Below, piece by piece: positions 13,026 to 25,438 of a stretch of 64,000 nt of DNA. The stretch is from Magallana gigas (lineage: Eukaryota): the NCBI RefSeq assembly GCF_963853765.1, contig NC_088854.1, positions 3,286,001 to 3,350,000 on the forward strand, read 5' to 3'. A program made the position numbers and the translations under genes. Numbering within the stretch: position 1 is the stretch's first letter; the number at the start of each line of letters is the position of its first letter. Under the pieces are notes generated by a model. That model was not told where the DNA came from. It made no database searches and saw only the letters and a program-made list of their open reading frames with translations.

Positions 13026-13620
13026 TGTCTCAGGGACTGTTGATCTCTTGAAACAACATCGTTCAATTATCAGTTTTTCATTTCTTGGACATCAAAGACT
13101 CATTGAGTTTATTTAATTATTTTATATCTGTGAACCTTTTACTCAGCTTACTTATGTCATCACCTGTCAATCTATACTCATTGTTCAGATTCTTATATAT
13201 AGTTATGTAGAATTGTCAATCGACAGTCTGGAATACGGTGGCCAGCCTCGGCCACGTCCGACTCACCCAGAGTCTTGAGTCCGGAGGCCACTACTTGCCA
13301 TATCCGACTTGTTTGTAAAATGTCTGTCTGTTAAATTGTTAGAATGTTGCCATCGTTGAATCTCGTCCAATAAATGTGGAATCCTGCATCAATTGCCTGT
13401 TTATTTCTCTGGAACTGTATACTGGTGGACCCTCGGGAATACGGCAATCCTACCCTTCGTTTTTACCTTACGGCCTACAGCGCGCCTACACCTTATACCT
13501 TATACCCTTTACGCCAACATTCCCTCACCCGGTTCGTACTGCACACGACCGATGCAGATCCAGAAAAATTCCCTAGCACCGTGCAAATCTACGCGGTCAC
13601 AAAAACATTAAATTGGTGTT
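13026..13620 (+). mobile_element. Candidate LTR plus primer-binding site and 5' leader fragment of an LTR retrotransposon, abutting the left edge of the array
   Basis: Starts TGTC; TATA-like at ~13194; AATAAA at 13369; then TGGTGGACCCTCGGGA at 13423 (PBS-like) and a C-rich leader. No canonical CA end, second LTR or gag seen. Confidence 0.3.
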
Positions 13621-14695
13621 GGGTTTTATTTCTCAAATAAAGAAAGAAAAAAAACTGAATAGCATTGCAGTTGCATAAATCTGAAGTGAAATGCAAAATT
13701 GACGGCATTGACAAAGGGGTAGACATCGCACAGGGATTCTACAAGATTCATCAGGAGGTAAAATGACACGAAATGCCAGTGAACTATTGACCGGTAAAAT
13801 TCTAACATTAAGAGTTACGGCATGCTAATAGCTAAAAAAAAAAAATGAAAAATTGCCGAAATATTAAAGGATCAATATCTCGTAAAAATCAAAATATTGG
13901 GAATTGTCCACATCTTGTCAGTAATTTTCAACAAAGATTGGTTTTAGAAGAGAAAAGCACAGATGTGTTTCTGCTGAATGTAAGCAGAGGGAATTCTAGT
14001 CAAATAATTTCCAAAAAAACGTTCTGGTTAATATAGTAACTTGCATAAATATCTGTCCGTGCTACCTTTTTGTTTGAAAACATTTTTATATCGTACGTGC
14101 ATCTCTCCGTCTCTCCTGTATCTCGAAGGTTTGGTCGACTAACTTAAAATTTAAATAGTTACATTTTAGGTTTGCATTTTAACGCCAAACGAAGTTTTCG
14201 ACAAAAACACTACTTCTAAGTACAACAAAGTAATTCTGACAGCACTTATCCGTACAAAACATCCCATTAAGACAAAATTACGCGTAATGCCATAATATTA
14301 TGAATTCACAATAAGCTTAAGGAGTTAAATAAAACGGGCATTTTTGTTACAAGAACTGATTAGTTTTAACAGGCCAATAAATGTTAACGAACTATTTTTA
14401 TCACTTAATCAAGAATTCTTGCTATGTTTGCTGTGCTTTTAACTACATCACTGTAAAAAAAAAACCACATTAAAATAAGTTAACTGCACGTTAATTTTCC
14501 AAAATGTATTGAAAGGCTTTAAAATGTGCATAGCAAAGATCGTCAGCAAAAATCTATGTTAAATGTATCGCCAGTCTATCTTATCCCGAAATCGTCAGTC
14601 TTCCCCTCTGCACGAGCTCCAGACAGAGGAATCGCGAGTCTTCACCCCGAATGTATATAAACTCGTGCTGATATTCATATCCACAGAAATTAAAC

Positions 14696-16457
14696 ATGGC
14701 TGTTCCACCAGGAGGACCAATTGAGATCTGCTTCTCTTTTGATACTACTGGGTCGATGTCCAGTTCTATAAACGCTGTAAAAGAAACTGTGCAAGAATTG
14801 ATTCTACGACTACAGACGGACATACCCGGTCTTAGAATCGCTGTCTTCGCTCATGGTGATTATTGTGATAAAAACTCGTCATACGTCACCAAACACATTG
14901 ACTTTTCAACCGATTTGAAAGAACTGTGTAACTGGATGAAAAATGTTGAATCCATCGGCGATAGCGATGAATGTTATGAATTGGTGTTGCATGAGGTTCA
15001 AAGTCTTTCGTGGACGCCGGGATCACAGAGAGCTCTGGTGATGATTGGAGATGCAATTCCGCATGGTTTAAATTACCCAGACAATAAATTGAGATTAGAT
15101 TGGGAAGTGGAATTAGACATTAAATTGGCAGCAATGGTGAGTACTTTTATGCAATAATTAGAGTCTACACGCTTTTAATGGTAAATTAATTTCCATCTCT
15201 TATAATTGAAATCAACATTAAAAGCAAAGCCGTTTAAATTTTGGCTCATAAACACTTTTTAATTCATTCAGAGTGTCCGCGTGTACGGTGTACAATGCGG
15301 AGGTTCGGGCGATGAGAGAACCAAATACTTCTACCAAACACTGGCCAACAAGATGGCGGGCAGACAAGTGGAGTTGGAGCAGTTTTCCAACCTATTTGAC
15401 TTTATCTTGGATATTTGCTACAGAGAGAAAGCAGCAGAGTTTCTCTATGAACAGAAAGTCCGTGACAGAGATGCTAGAATGGGTCTCCATAAGGACGTGC
15501 ACGCTCTGTTCGGGGCTCTAAGAGAGGGAGAAGAAGAACCTTCAACGTCCTCGTCAACCACAGAGAAGCCAAAGTCCAGAACACTTCCATTCAAGCCAGC
15601 TCTGAAAAAGAAACCTTCGCCCACAAAGGCTCATTCCATTACCAAACTGAAGAAAAACAGTTCCCTCATTCATAAAGTCAAGAAAACCATCGCCAAAAAG
15701 AAACCCAGGTCTGCAGTCGAAAGAAAGAAGGCGAAACTCTTGTCAAAAGGTACATAGAAGTCTTTTTTCTTCTTCTTCTTCTTCTTCTTCAGAATACACC
15801 CCATTAGATTGAGATTGTTTCTCGGCCCTTAATAGAACACTTTGGCTAACTAGAGGCTTTCCATTTATCGATCCAGCCTGCTCTCTTTTTCGGGATTCCT
15901 TGGCTGGCGAAAATGTTTGTTGTATGACCACGCAGCTCTTTACCATTTGTGGTAAATTGTATTTCATAATATTTCAGATGAACAATCTTAGAAAACTGAA
16001 GAGAGAAAACGTTCCGGACACGAACTTTTCTTTAAACAAAATACAGTGGTGGCCATGGGAACTAGTCATCTCTCCCACCAAACCAGAAAACGACTCTTTG
16101 TGGACTGAAAGATACAGAGGAAGAAAGGGTTTCCGCAAAACCAGCGTCTGCGGAGGAAAGACTTTTCCTGCAGCTGTGTACGAGTTCTCTGTGAGGAAAC
16201 TTTCCGATCCTAAACGTTACGTGACATACTGTAAATTGTCGTCAGGATTCACCAAGACAAGGAGACTTTTATCTCATTCTGACGTTCGATCCCAAGTCAA
16301 CAAAATTGTTGCTTTAGGGTATTCCGTCTATGTACGACGATGTTTGTTGAATGATTCTAACAAAGACACTGTCAGGAAATCATTACTTCGATATGACTAT
16401 GCTTGGAAGCGAGTTACAAATGTTAGAGATTCGAAAAGAGATATATCAGTAGCATAA
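14696..16457 (+). pseudogene. Array copy 1 (edge): diverged vWA / Lys-rich / GIY-YIG-like gene, frameshifted before exon 3
   Basis: Exons 14696-15136, 15272-15749, 15978-16457. Exon 2 is 478 nt instead of 495 (6-nt and 11-nt deletions), so splicing gives ..SK-DEQS*. Also TGGGD->IGD in the vWA loop and a 4-codon deletion in exon 3. Confidence 0.75.
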
Positions 16458-18652
16458 TTTCTGTCATGTTATTTATTCTATGTCGTTTCTATTGTACTTG
16501 TGGTGCATTTTTATATCAGAATATAGATTCTGAATTTGTTGTTGTTTTTAAAAAAAAAACAAATATGAATACACCTCTTACTTATGTCACTGTACAAATT
16601 TCACGACATGCCACTGGTATATTTTAAGCTTCTTAAAGTAAAATAGTTCATGAAATATTTCAAATTAGGAATTGAATGGAAAATTGAATAGCATTGCAAT
16701 TGTGAAAATCAGAAGTGAAGTGCAAACCTTACGGCATTGACGAAAGGGTGGCATCGCAAGGGAATCTGCAAGATTGAACGGGGAGCTAATATAAGACGAA
16801 ATGCCGGTGAACTGTTGACCAGTAGAATTCTGACATTGACAGCTACGGCGTGCTGATAGTAGGGATTGTAAATATTTTGTACTAATAAAACTGGGTAAGC
16901 TTGACAAAGCGAAAGAATAAAATAAATTGTCGAAATATTAAAGGATCAATGTCTCATAAAAATCAAAGTATTGGAAATTGTTCACACATCTTGTCAGTAT
17001 TTTCCACAAAGATTGGTTTTAGATTCTTTAAGGAGAAAAACAGAGATGTGTTTCTGCTGAATGATGATTCTAGTTATTTTATTTAAAAAAAACTTTTCTG
17101 GATATAGTAACTTACGTAAATATTTGTCCCGTGTTACCTTAAAGTGTTGTTTTGAAACACACACGTAAATTTTGAACTGCGTCAAGGAAATATTAGTTTC
17201 ATTATTATTACGCAAAATTCACTTTAACTGCCTATCTATTGAAACTCCGTGACTATACTGAGAATACAGTCCTTTGAAATGCAAACAAGGATCGCTCCAT
17301 GTCTTTTTCTAATTCAAACTTTATGTACAAATTATTGACATTTTCTCATATACTTAGGTTACAGTGCATACACATCACATATTCACTTCATTTAAGATAT
17401 AAGTATAAACACAGTCACATACCGAAGATAAAAATGCACATGTACAGACAAGTGTATACACCGACAAACAGACATATATATACACAAACAATCTCGAATA
17501 CTTTATTTATCAACCATGGAAGTTTGAGTATTTTTAGTAAAGGGGGGGGGGGTGGAGAAAAAGAGGGGAACACTATCTATCAAAAGTCATACATATGCAA
17601 GAGGATACATAATAGTATACTTATATTTTCTTTTGCTATAATTTGATTACAATATGCTTGCAGCTATTATAAACACATTTTATAACAAGTCACAATTAGT
17701 TTGCCAATACTTTACATACTCAGCGAATTTACAATTATTAAGTAACAGTAGTTTCTCAATATGTATTCTATCAGTGACAGTTCGTTTTAACATGAGCGTC
17801 GAGAGGTTTGCGACATTCTTATATTTACTGGCAAAAATAAAATTGTTTTACTGTAATAATCGCTCCATGTTAATGGTATGTTGAAAATAGGTTGGTTCAA
17901 ATCCTTTATTTTTCTATTGGTGACTCAAAATGAACTTAAAGTGCTTGTCATATGGCATATGTATTAAACGTATGTACGATGCTCTTTATTCCGCTCTTTC
18001 TGTATAAGTAAAGAAAAACGTGGCACCAACCTTGTTCGCAACACAAACCATTATCTATAGCGTACTTGCATCTCTCCTGTATCTCGAAGGTTTGGTCGAC
18101 TAACTTGAAATTTAAATAGTTACATTTTAGGTTTGCATTTTAACACCAAACGAAGTGTTCGACAAAAACACTACTTCTCAGTACTAAAACGTTATTCTGA
18201 CAGCATTTATCGGTACAAAAAACCCCATTTAGACAAAATTACGCATAATACCAAAATATTATGAATTCACAAAAGGCTTAAAAAGTCAAATAAAACTCAT
18301 TTTTGTTACAAGAACTGATTAGTTTTAACAGGCCAATAAATGTTGGCGAACTATTACTTAATCAAGAATTCTTGCTATGTTTGCTGTGCTTTTAACTACA
18401 TCACTGTAAAAAAAACCCTTAAAATAAGTTAACTGCACGTTAATTTTCCAAAATGTATTGAAAGGCTTTAAAATGTGCATAGCAAAGATCGTCAGCAAAA
18501 ATCTATGTTAAATGTATCGCCAGTCTATCTTATCCCGAAATCGCCAGTCTTCCCCTCCAGTTCGAGACAGAGGAATCGCGAGTCTTCACCCCGAATGTAT
18601 ATAAACTCGTGCGGATACAGAACATTCATATCCACAGAAATACTCTGATCAA

Positions 18653-19733
18653 ATGAGCATGGCTGTTCCACTAGGAGGCTACAGAGAGCAAGGAGCAGAG
18701 TTTCTAGACTTCTATGAACAGGAAGTCCGTGCCAGAGATGCTAAAATGGCTCTCCATAAGGAACTGCATGCTCTCTTCGGGGCTCTAAGAGAGGGAGAAG
18801 AAGAATCTTCAACGTCCTCGTCAACCGCAGAGAAGCCAAAGTCCAGAACACTTCCATTTAAGCCAGCTCTGAAAAAGAAACCTTCGCGCACAAAGGCTCC
18901 TTCCATTACCAAAGGGAAGAAAAACAGTTCCCTCATTCATAAAGTCAAGAAAACCATCGCCAAAAAGAAACCCAGGTCTGCAGTCGATAGAAAGAAGGCA
19001 AAAGTCTTGGCCATTTCTTGTCAAAAGGTACGTAGAAGTCGTTTTTCTTCTTCAGAATACACCCCATTAGATTGAGATTGTTATCTCGGCCCTTAATAGA
19101 ACACTTTGGCTTACTAGAGGTTTTCCATTTATCGATCCAGTCTGCTTTCTTTTTCGGGATTCCTTGGCTGGCGAAAATGTTTGTTGTTTGACCACGCAGC
19201 TCTTTACCATTTGTGGTAAATTGTATTTCATAATATTTCAGATGAAAGCTCTTAGAAAACTGAAGAGAGAAAACGTTCCGGACACGAACTTTTCTTTAAA
19301 CAAAATACAGTGGTCCCCATGGGAACTAGTTATCTCTCCCACCAAACCAGAAAACGACTCTTTGTGGACTGAAAGATACAGAGGAAGAAAGGGTTTCCGC
19401 AAAACCAGCGTCTGCGGAGGAAAAACTTTTCCTGCAGCTGTGTACGAGTTCTCTGTGAGGAAACTTTCCGATCCTAAACGTTACGTGACATACTGTAAAT
19501 TGTCGTCAGGATTCACCAAGACAAAGTGTTGGGAATCGAGACTTTTATCTCATTCTGACGTTCGATCCCAAGTCAACAAAATTGTTGCTTTAGGGTATTC
19601 CGTCTATGTACGACGATGTTTGTTGAATGATTCTAACAAAGACACTGTCAGGAAATCATTACTTCGATATGACTATGCTTGGAAACGAGTTACAGATGTT
19701 AGAAATTCGCATAGAGATATATCAGTAGCATAA
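18653..19733 (+). CDS. Array copy 2: vWA-less variant (in-frame 705-bp deletion), ~288 aa, Lys-rich + C-terminal domain
   Basis: Exons 18653-19027 and 19242-19733. Junction ccactaggagg|ctacagagag fuses codon 9 to exon 2; 570 coding nt plus the 135-nt intron 1 are lost and the frame is preserved. Confidence 0.75.
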
Positions 19734-21878
19734 TTTCTGTCATGTTATTTATTCTATGTCGTTTCTATAGTACTTGTGTTGCGTTTTGATATCAGAATAT
19801 TGATTCTGAATTTGTTGTTGTTGTTTTTAAGTAAAACAAATATGAATGCACCTCTTACTTATGTCACTTTACAAATTTCACGACATGCCACTGGTATATT
19901 TTAAGCTTCTTGAAGTAAAATAGTTCATGAAATATATCAAATAAGGAATTGAATGGAAAATTGAATAGCATTGCAATTGTGAAAATCAGAAGTGAAGTGC
20001 AAACTTTACGGCATTGACGAAATGGTGGAATCGCACGGGAATCTGCAAGATTCAACAGGGAGCTAATATAACACGAAATGCCGGTGAACTGTTGACCAGT
20101 AGAATTCTGACATTGACAGCTACGGCGTGCTGATAGTAGGGATTGTAAATATTTTGTAGTAATAAGACTGGGTAAGCTTGATAAAGCTAAAAATTAACAA
20201 AAATTGTCGAAATGTTAAAAGGATCAATATCTCACAAAAATCAAAGTATTGGAAATTGTTCACACATCTTGTCAGTAATTTTCCACAAAGATTGATTAAG
20301 ATTCTTTAAGGCAAAAAAATGGAGATCTGATTCTGCTGAATGTAAGCATGCAGAAATGATTCTAGTCACAGTATTTAAAAAAACTGTTCTGGATATAGTA
20401 ACTTACGTAAATATTTGTCCAGTGTTACCTTAAAGTGTTGTTTTGAAACACACACGTAAATTTTGAACTGCGTCGAGGAAATATTAATTTCATTATTATT
20501 ACGCAAAATTCACTTGAACTACCAATCTATTGAAACTGTGTGACTATACCGAGATTACAGTCCTTTGAAACGCAAACAAGGATCGCTCCATGTTTTTTTT
20601 ATTCAAACTTTCATGTACAAATTATTGGCATTTTCTCATATACTTAGGTTAGAGTGCATACACATCACATATTCACTTACTTTAAGATATAATGTATAAA
20701 CATCGACAAACAGACATGTATATGCACAAACAATCTCGAATACTTTCTTTATCAACCATGGAAGTTTGAGTATTTTTAGTTAAGAAGGGGGGGGGGGTGA
20801 GGGTGTGTAGGAGGGCGGAGAAAAAGAGGGGAACACTATCTATCAAAAGTCATACATATGCAAGAGGATACATAATAGTAGACTTATATTTTCTTTTGCT
20901 ATGATTTGATTAAATATCCTTGCAGCTATTATAAACACATTTTATAACAAGTAACAAATAGTTTGCCAATACTTTTAATACTCAGCAAATTTACAATTCT
21001 TAAGTAACAGTAGTTTCTCAATATGTATTCAATCAGTGACAGTTCGTTTTAACATGAGCGTAGTGAGGTTTGGGACATTCTTATATTTACTGGCAAAAAT
21101 AAATTGTTTTACTGTAAGAATCGCTCCATGTTAATGTTCATGTTAATGGTATGTTGAAAATAGCTTGGTTCAAATCCTTTATTTTTCTATTGGTGACTCA
21201 AAATGAACTGAAAGTTCCTGTCATATGGCATATGTGTTAAACGTATGTACGATGCTCTCTATTCCGCTCTTTCTGTATATGTTAAGAAAAACGTGGCACG
21301 AACCTTGTTCGCAACACAAAACATTCTTTATAGCGTACATGCATCTCTCCTGTATCTCGAAGGTTTGGTTGACTAACTTCAGATTTAAAAAGTTACATTT
21401 TAGGTTTGCATTTTAACACCAAACGAAGTTTTGGACAAAACCACTACTTCTCAGTACCAAAACGTTATTCTGACAGCACTTATCGGTACAAAAAACCCCA
21501 TTTAGACAAAATTACGCATAATACCAAAATATTATGAATTCACAAAAGGCTTAAAAAGTCAAATAAAATGGGCATTTTTCTTACAAGAACTGATTAATCT
21601 TAACAGGCCAATAAATGTTGGCGAACTATTTTTATTAGTTAATCAAGAATTCTTGCTATGTTTGCTGTGCTTTTGACTACATCACTGTAAAAAAAACTTA
21701 AAATAAGTTAACTGCACGTTAATTTTCCAAAATGTATTGAAAGGCTTTAAAATGTGCATATCAAAGATCGTCAGCAAAAATCTATGTTAAATGTATCGCC
21801 AGTCTATCTTATCCCGAAATCGCCAGTCTTCCTCATGCACGAGCTCGAGACAGGAATCGCGAGTCTTCACCCCGAATG

Positions 21879-21911
21879 TATATAAACTCGTGCGGATACA
21901 GAACATTCATA
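21879..21911 (+). promoter_or_regulatory. Core promoter of the array gene (TATA box + initiator), repeated in every unit
   Basis: TATATAAA at 21879 (55 nt before the ATG) and a TCAT Inr-like motif whose A is 30 nt downstream (21909). Same arrangement at 45749 and in the other units. Confidence 0.6.
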
Positions 21912-21933
21912 TCCACAGAAATACCCTGATTTA

Positions 21934-23749
21934 ATGAACATGGCTGTTCCACCAGGAGGACCAATGGAGATCTGCTTCTCTTTTGATACTACTGGGTCGA
22001 TGTCCAGTTCTATAAACGCTGTAAAAGAAAATGTGCAAGAATTGATTCTACGACTACAGACGGACATACCCGGTCTTAGAATCGCTGTCTTCGCTCATGG
22101 TGATTATTGTGATAAAAACTCGTCATATGTCACCAAACACATTGACTTTTCAACCGATTTGAAAGAACTGTGTAACTGGGTGAAAAATGTTGAATCCACG
22201 GGTGGCGGCGATAGCGATGAATGTTATGAATTGGTGTTGCATGAGGTTCAAAGTCTATCGTGGACGCCGAGATCACAGAGAGCTCTGGTGATGATTGGAG
22301 ATGCAAATCCGCATGGTGTAAATTACCCAGACAATAAATTGAGATTAGATTGGGAAGTGGAATTAGACAAATTGGCAGCAATGGTGAGTACTTTTATGCA
22401 ATAATTAGAGTATACACGCTTTTGATGGTAAATTAATTTCGATCACTTATAATTCAAAGCAACATTAAAAGCAAAGCAGTTTAAATTTTGGCTCATAAAC
22501 ACTTTTCATCTCATTCAGAGTGTCCGCGTGTACGGTGTACAGTGCGGAGGTTCGGGCGATGAGAGAACCAAAAACTTCTACCAAACACTGGCCAACAAGA
22601 CGGCGGGCAGACGAGTGGAGTTGGAGCAGTTTTCCAACTTATTTGATTTTATCATGGCTATTTGCTACAGAGAGCAAGGAGCAGAGTTTCTAGACCTCTA
22701 TGAACAGGAAGTCCGTGCCAGAGATGCTAGAATGGGTCTCCATAAGGACGTGCACGCTCTGTTCGGGGCTCTAAGAGAGGGAGAAGAAGAACCTTCAACT
22801 TCCTCGTCAACCGCAGAGAAGCCAAAGTCCAGAACACTTGCATTCAAGCCAGCTCTGAAAAAGAAACCTTCGCTCACAAAGGCTCCTTCCATTACCAAAG
22901 GGAAGAAAAACAGTTCCCTCATTCATAAAGTCAAGAAAACCATCGCCAAAAAGAAACCCAGCTCTGCAGTCGATAGAAAGAAGGCGAAACTCTTGGCCAT
23001 TTCTTGTCAAAAGGTATGTAGAAGTCTTTTTTCTTCTTCTTCTTCCTCTTCCTCTTCTTCTTCTTCTTCTTCTTCTTCAGAATACACCCCATTAGATTGA
23101 AAATGTTGCTCGACCCTTAAAAGAACCCTTGGCTAACCAGAGGTTTTCTATTTATTGATCCAGCCTGCTCTCTTTTTTTTTGGCTGGCAAAAATGTTTGT
23201 TGTATGACCACGCAGCTCTTTACCATTTGTGGTAAATTGTATTTCATAATATTTCAGATGAACAATCTTAGAAAACTGAAGAGAGAAAACGTTCCGGACA
23301 CGAACTTTTCTTTAAACAAAATACAGTGGTCCCCATGGGAACTAGTTATCTCTCCCACCAAACCAGAAAACGACTCTTTGTGGTCTGAAAGATACAGAGG
23401 AAGAAAGGGTTTCCGCAAAACCAGCGTCTGCGGAGGAAAAACTTTTCCTGCAGCTGTGTACGAGTTCTCTGTGAGGAAACTTTCCGATCCTAAACGCTAC
23501 GTGACATACTGTAAATTGTCGTCAGGATTCACCAAGACAAGGTGTTGGGAATCGAGACTATTATCTCATTCTGACGTTCGATCCCAAGTCAACAAAATTG
23601 TTGCTTTAGGGTATTCCGTCTATGTACGACGATGTTTGTTGAATGATTCTAACAAAGACACTGTCAGGAAATCATTACTTCGATATGACTATGCTTGGAA
23701 GCGAGTTACAAATGTTAGAGATTCGAAAAGAGATATATCAGTAGCATAA
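21934..23749 (+). CDS. Array copy 3: intact 3-exon gene, 478-aa vWA / Lys-rich linker / ET-type GIY-YIG-like protein
   Basis: Exons 21934-22383, 22519-23013, 23258-23749; both introns phase 0 (ATG|gtgagt..ttcag|AGT; AAG|gtatgt..ttcag|ATG). MIDAS motif FSFDTTGSM, plus TGGGD and IGDA. AATAAA at 23844. Confidence 0.88.
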
Positions 23750-24474
23750 TTTGTGTCATGTTATTTATTCTATGTCGTTTCTATTGTACTTGTGGTGCAT
23801 TTTTATATCAGAATATAGATTCTGAATTTGTTGTTGTTTTTCAAATAAAACAAATATGAATGCACCTCTTACTTATGTCACTTTACAAATTTCACGACAT
23901 GCCACTGGTATATTTTAAGCTTCTTAAAGTAAAATAGTTCATGAAATATATCAAATAAGGAATTGAATTGAAAATTGAATAGCATTGCAATTGTGAAAAT
24001 CAGAAGTGAAGTGCAAACCTTACGGCATTGACGAAAGGGTGGCATCGCAAGGGAATCTTCAAGATTCAAAGGGGAGCTAATATAACACAAAATGCCGGTC
24101 AACTGTTGACCGGTAGAATTCTGACATTGACAGCTACGGCGTGCTATAAGTAGGGATTGTAAACATTTTGTAGTAATAAGACTGGGTAAGCTTGGCAAAG
24201 CTAAAAAAAAAATGAAAATTTGGCGAAATATTAAAGGATCAATATCTCACAAAAATCAAAGTAATGGAAATTGTTCACATCTTGTCAGTAATTTTCCACA
24301 AAGATTGGTTTTGGATTCTTTAAAGAGAAAAACACAGATGCATTTCTGCTGAATGTAAGTATGCAGAAATGATTCTAGTCACATTATTGAAAGAAAACTG
24401 TACTCGTTATAGTAACTTGCTTAAATATCTGTCCCGTGTTAGCTTAAAGTGTTGTTTTGAAACACACACGTAAA

Positions 24475-25413
24475 GAACAAGTGCACTTAAGCTATAGAGA
24501 ATGGGCCCTTTTTGAGTGCCGTTTATATGTAGAAAATATCAACAAATTGCTTTTTTCTCGTAATAGTTAAGCACTCATGGATACTTCTGATTTATATGCA
24601 CGCTTAATTTTACCAAAATTAGCATACAATTTAAAAAATTGAGGATTTTTAAATGCCTATAAATAATCTAAATCCGGAAAAATCGAACCGAACCTACTTG
24701 AATTGTGTCTATTTAAATCAGAGGGAGGAGACATTTAAATCAACATTGCTCTGTTGGTGGATCGATTGGCGCGTTTGCTGAATTATACTTATGTATTATT
24801 TTACGTTTTATAAAAATCGAATGAAGCTTTGAAGTTGCATATTTCCATAGTGACAAACAAACATTCCTGACCATACAAAGATGATGGAAAGTGATCTAAA
24901 ACGTGTCAATGTTTTACAGTGAGCACATTTGACAAACGTTTACCTGGATAGAAACCTCGTGATTGTTTGAAATAATTTATGCATGCGTGAGTTCAAACAT
25001 GGGTCACGCAAGTAATAGCTTTCGCTTGCTATAGGAAAAATCTTGAAATTTTCATACGTTTTTCATTTTTTAGGTACCAGCCTAACCGAGTACAAACTTC
25101 TTTCTTTCACAGGAGTTTTCTAAATGTATAATGCGTATTTTGTCTTTTCCACAAGTTTGTACTCGGTTAGGCTGACAGTAAACAAAGGCTTTAAAATGAA
25201 TGCCTGTCCTCGATTTACTATACAAAATCACGAATGTCTGCTGACCCCTACTATGTTTTAAAGCTTCGTGCTTTTTATAAACAATAAATTCAGCGCTAAA
25301 ACTTGCTAATTCTTATGGAATAAATATCAATAGATAATGTTAGGGGAAAAAATATGCTTAATTTGATTCTTCATTTTTTCACTTTTTATCGGGGCCCATA
25401 ATTGCACTCGTCC
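24475..25413. mobile_element. 939-bp insertion with imperfect TIRs and no target duplication
   Basis: Empty site cgtaaa|ttttgaac in the other units. Termini gaacaagtgcactt / aattgcactcgtcc (11/14 inverted match). Contains a nested 97-bp element. Confidence 0.85.
25078..25174. mobile_element. 97-bp mini-element with perfect 22-bp TIRs nested in the 939-bp insertion (second copy 40997-41093)
   Basis: cagcctaaccgagtacaaactt ... aagtttgtactcggttaggctg, flanked by AC on both sides (possible 2-bp TSD). Confidence 0.7.
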
Positions 25414-25438
25414 TTTTGAACTGCGTCGAGGAAATATT

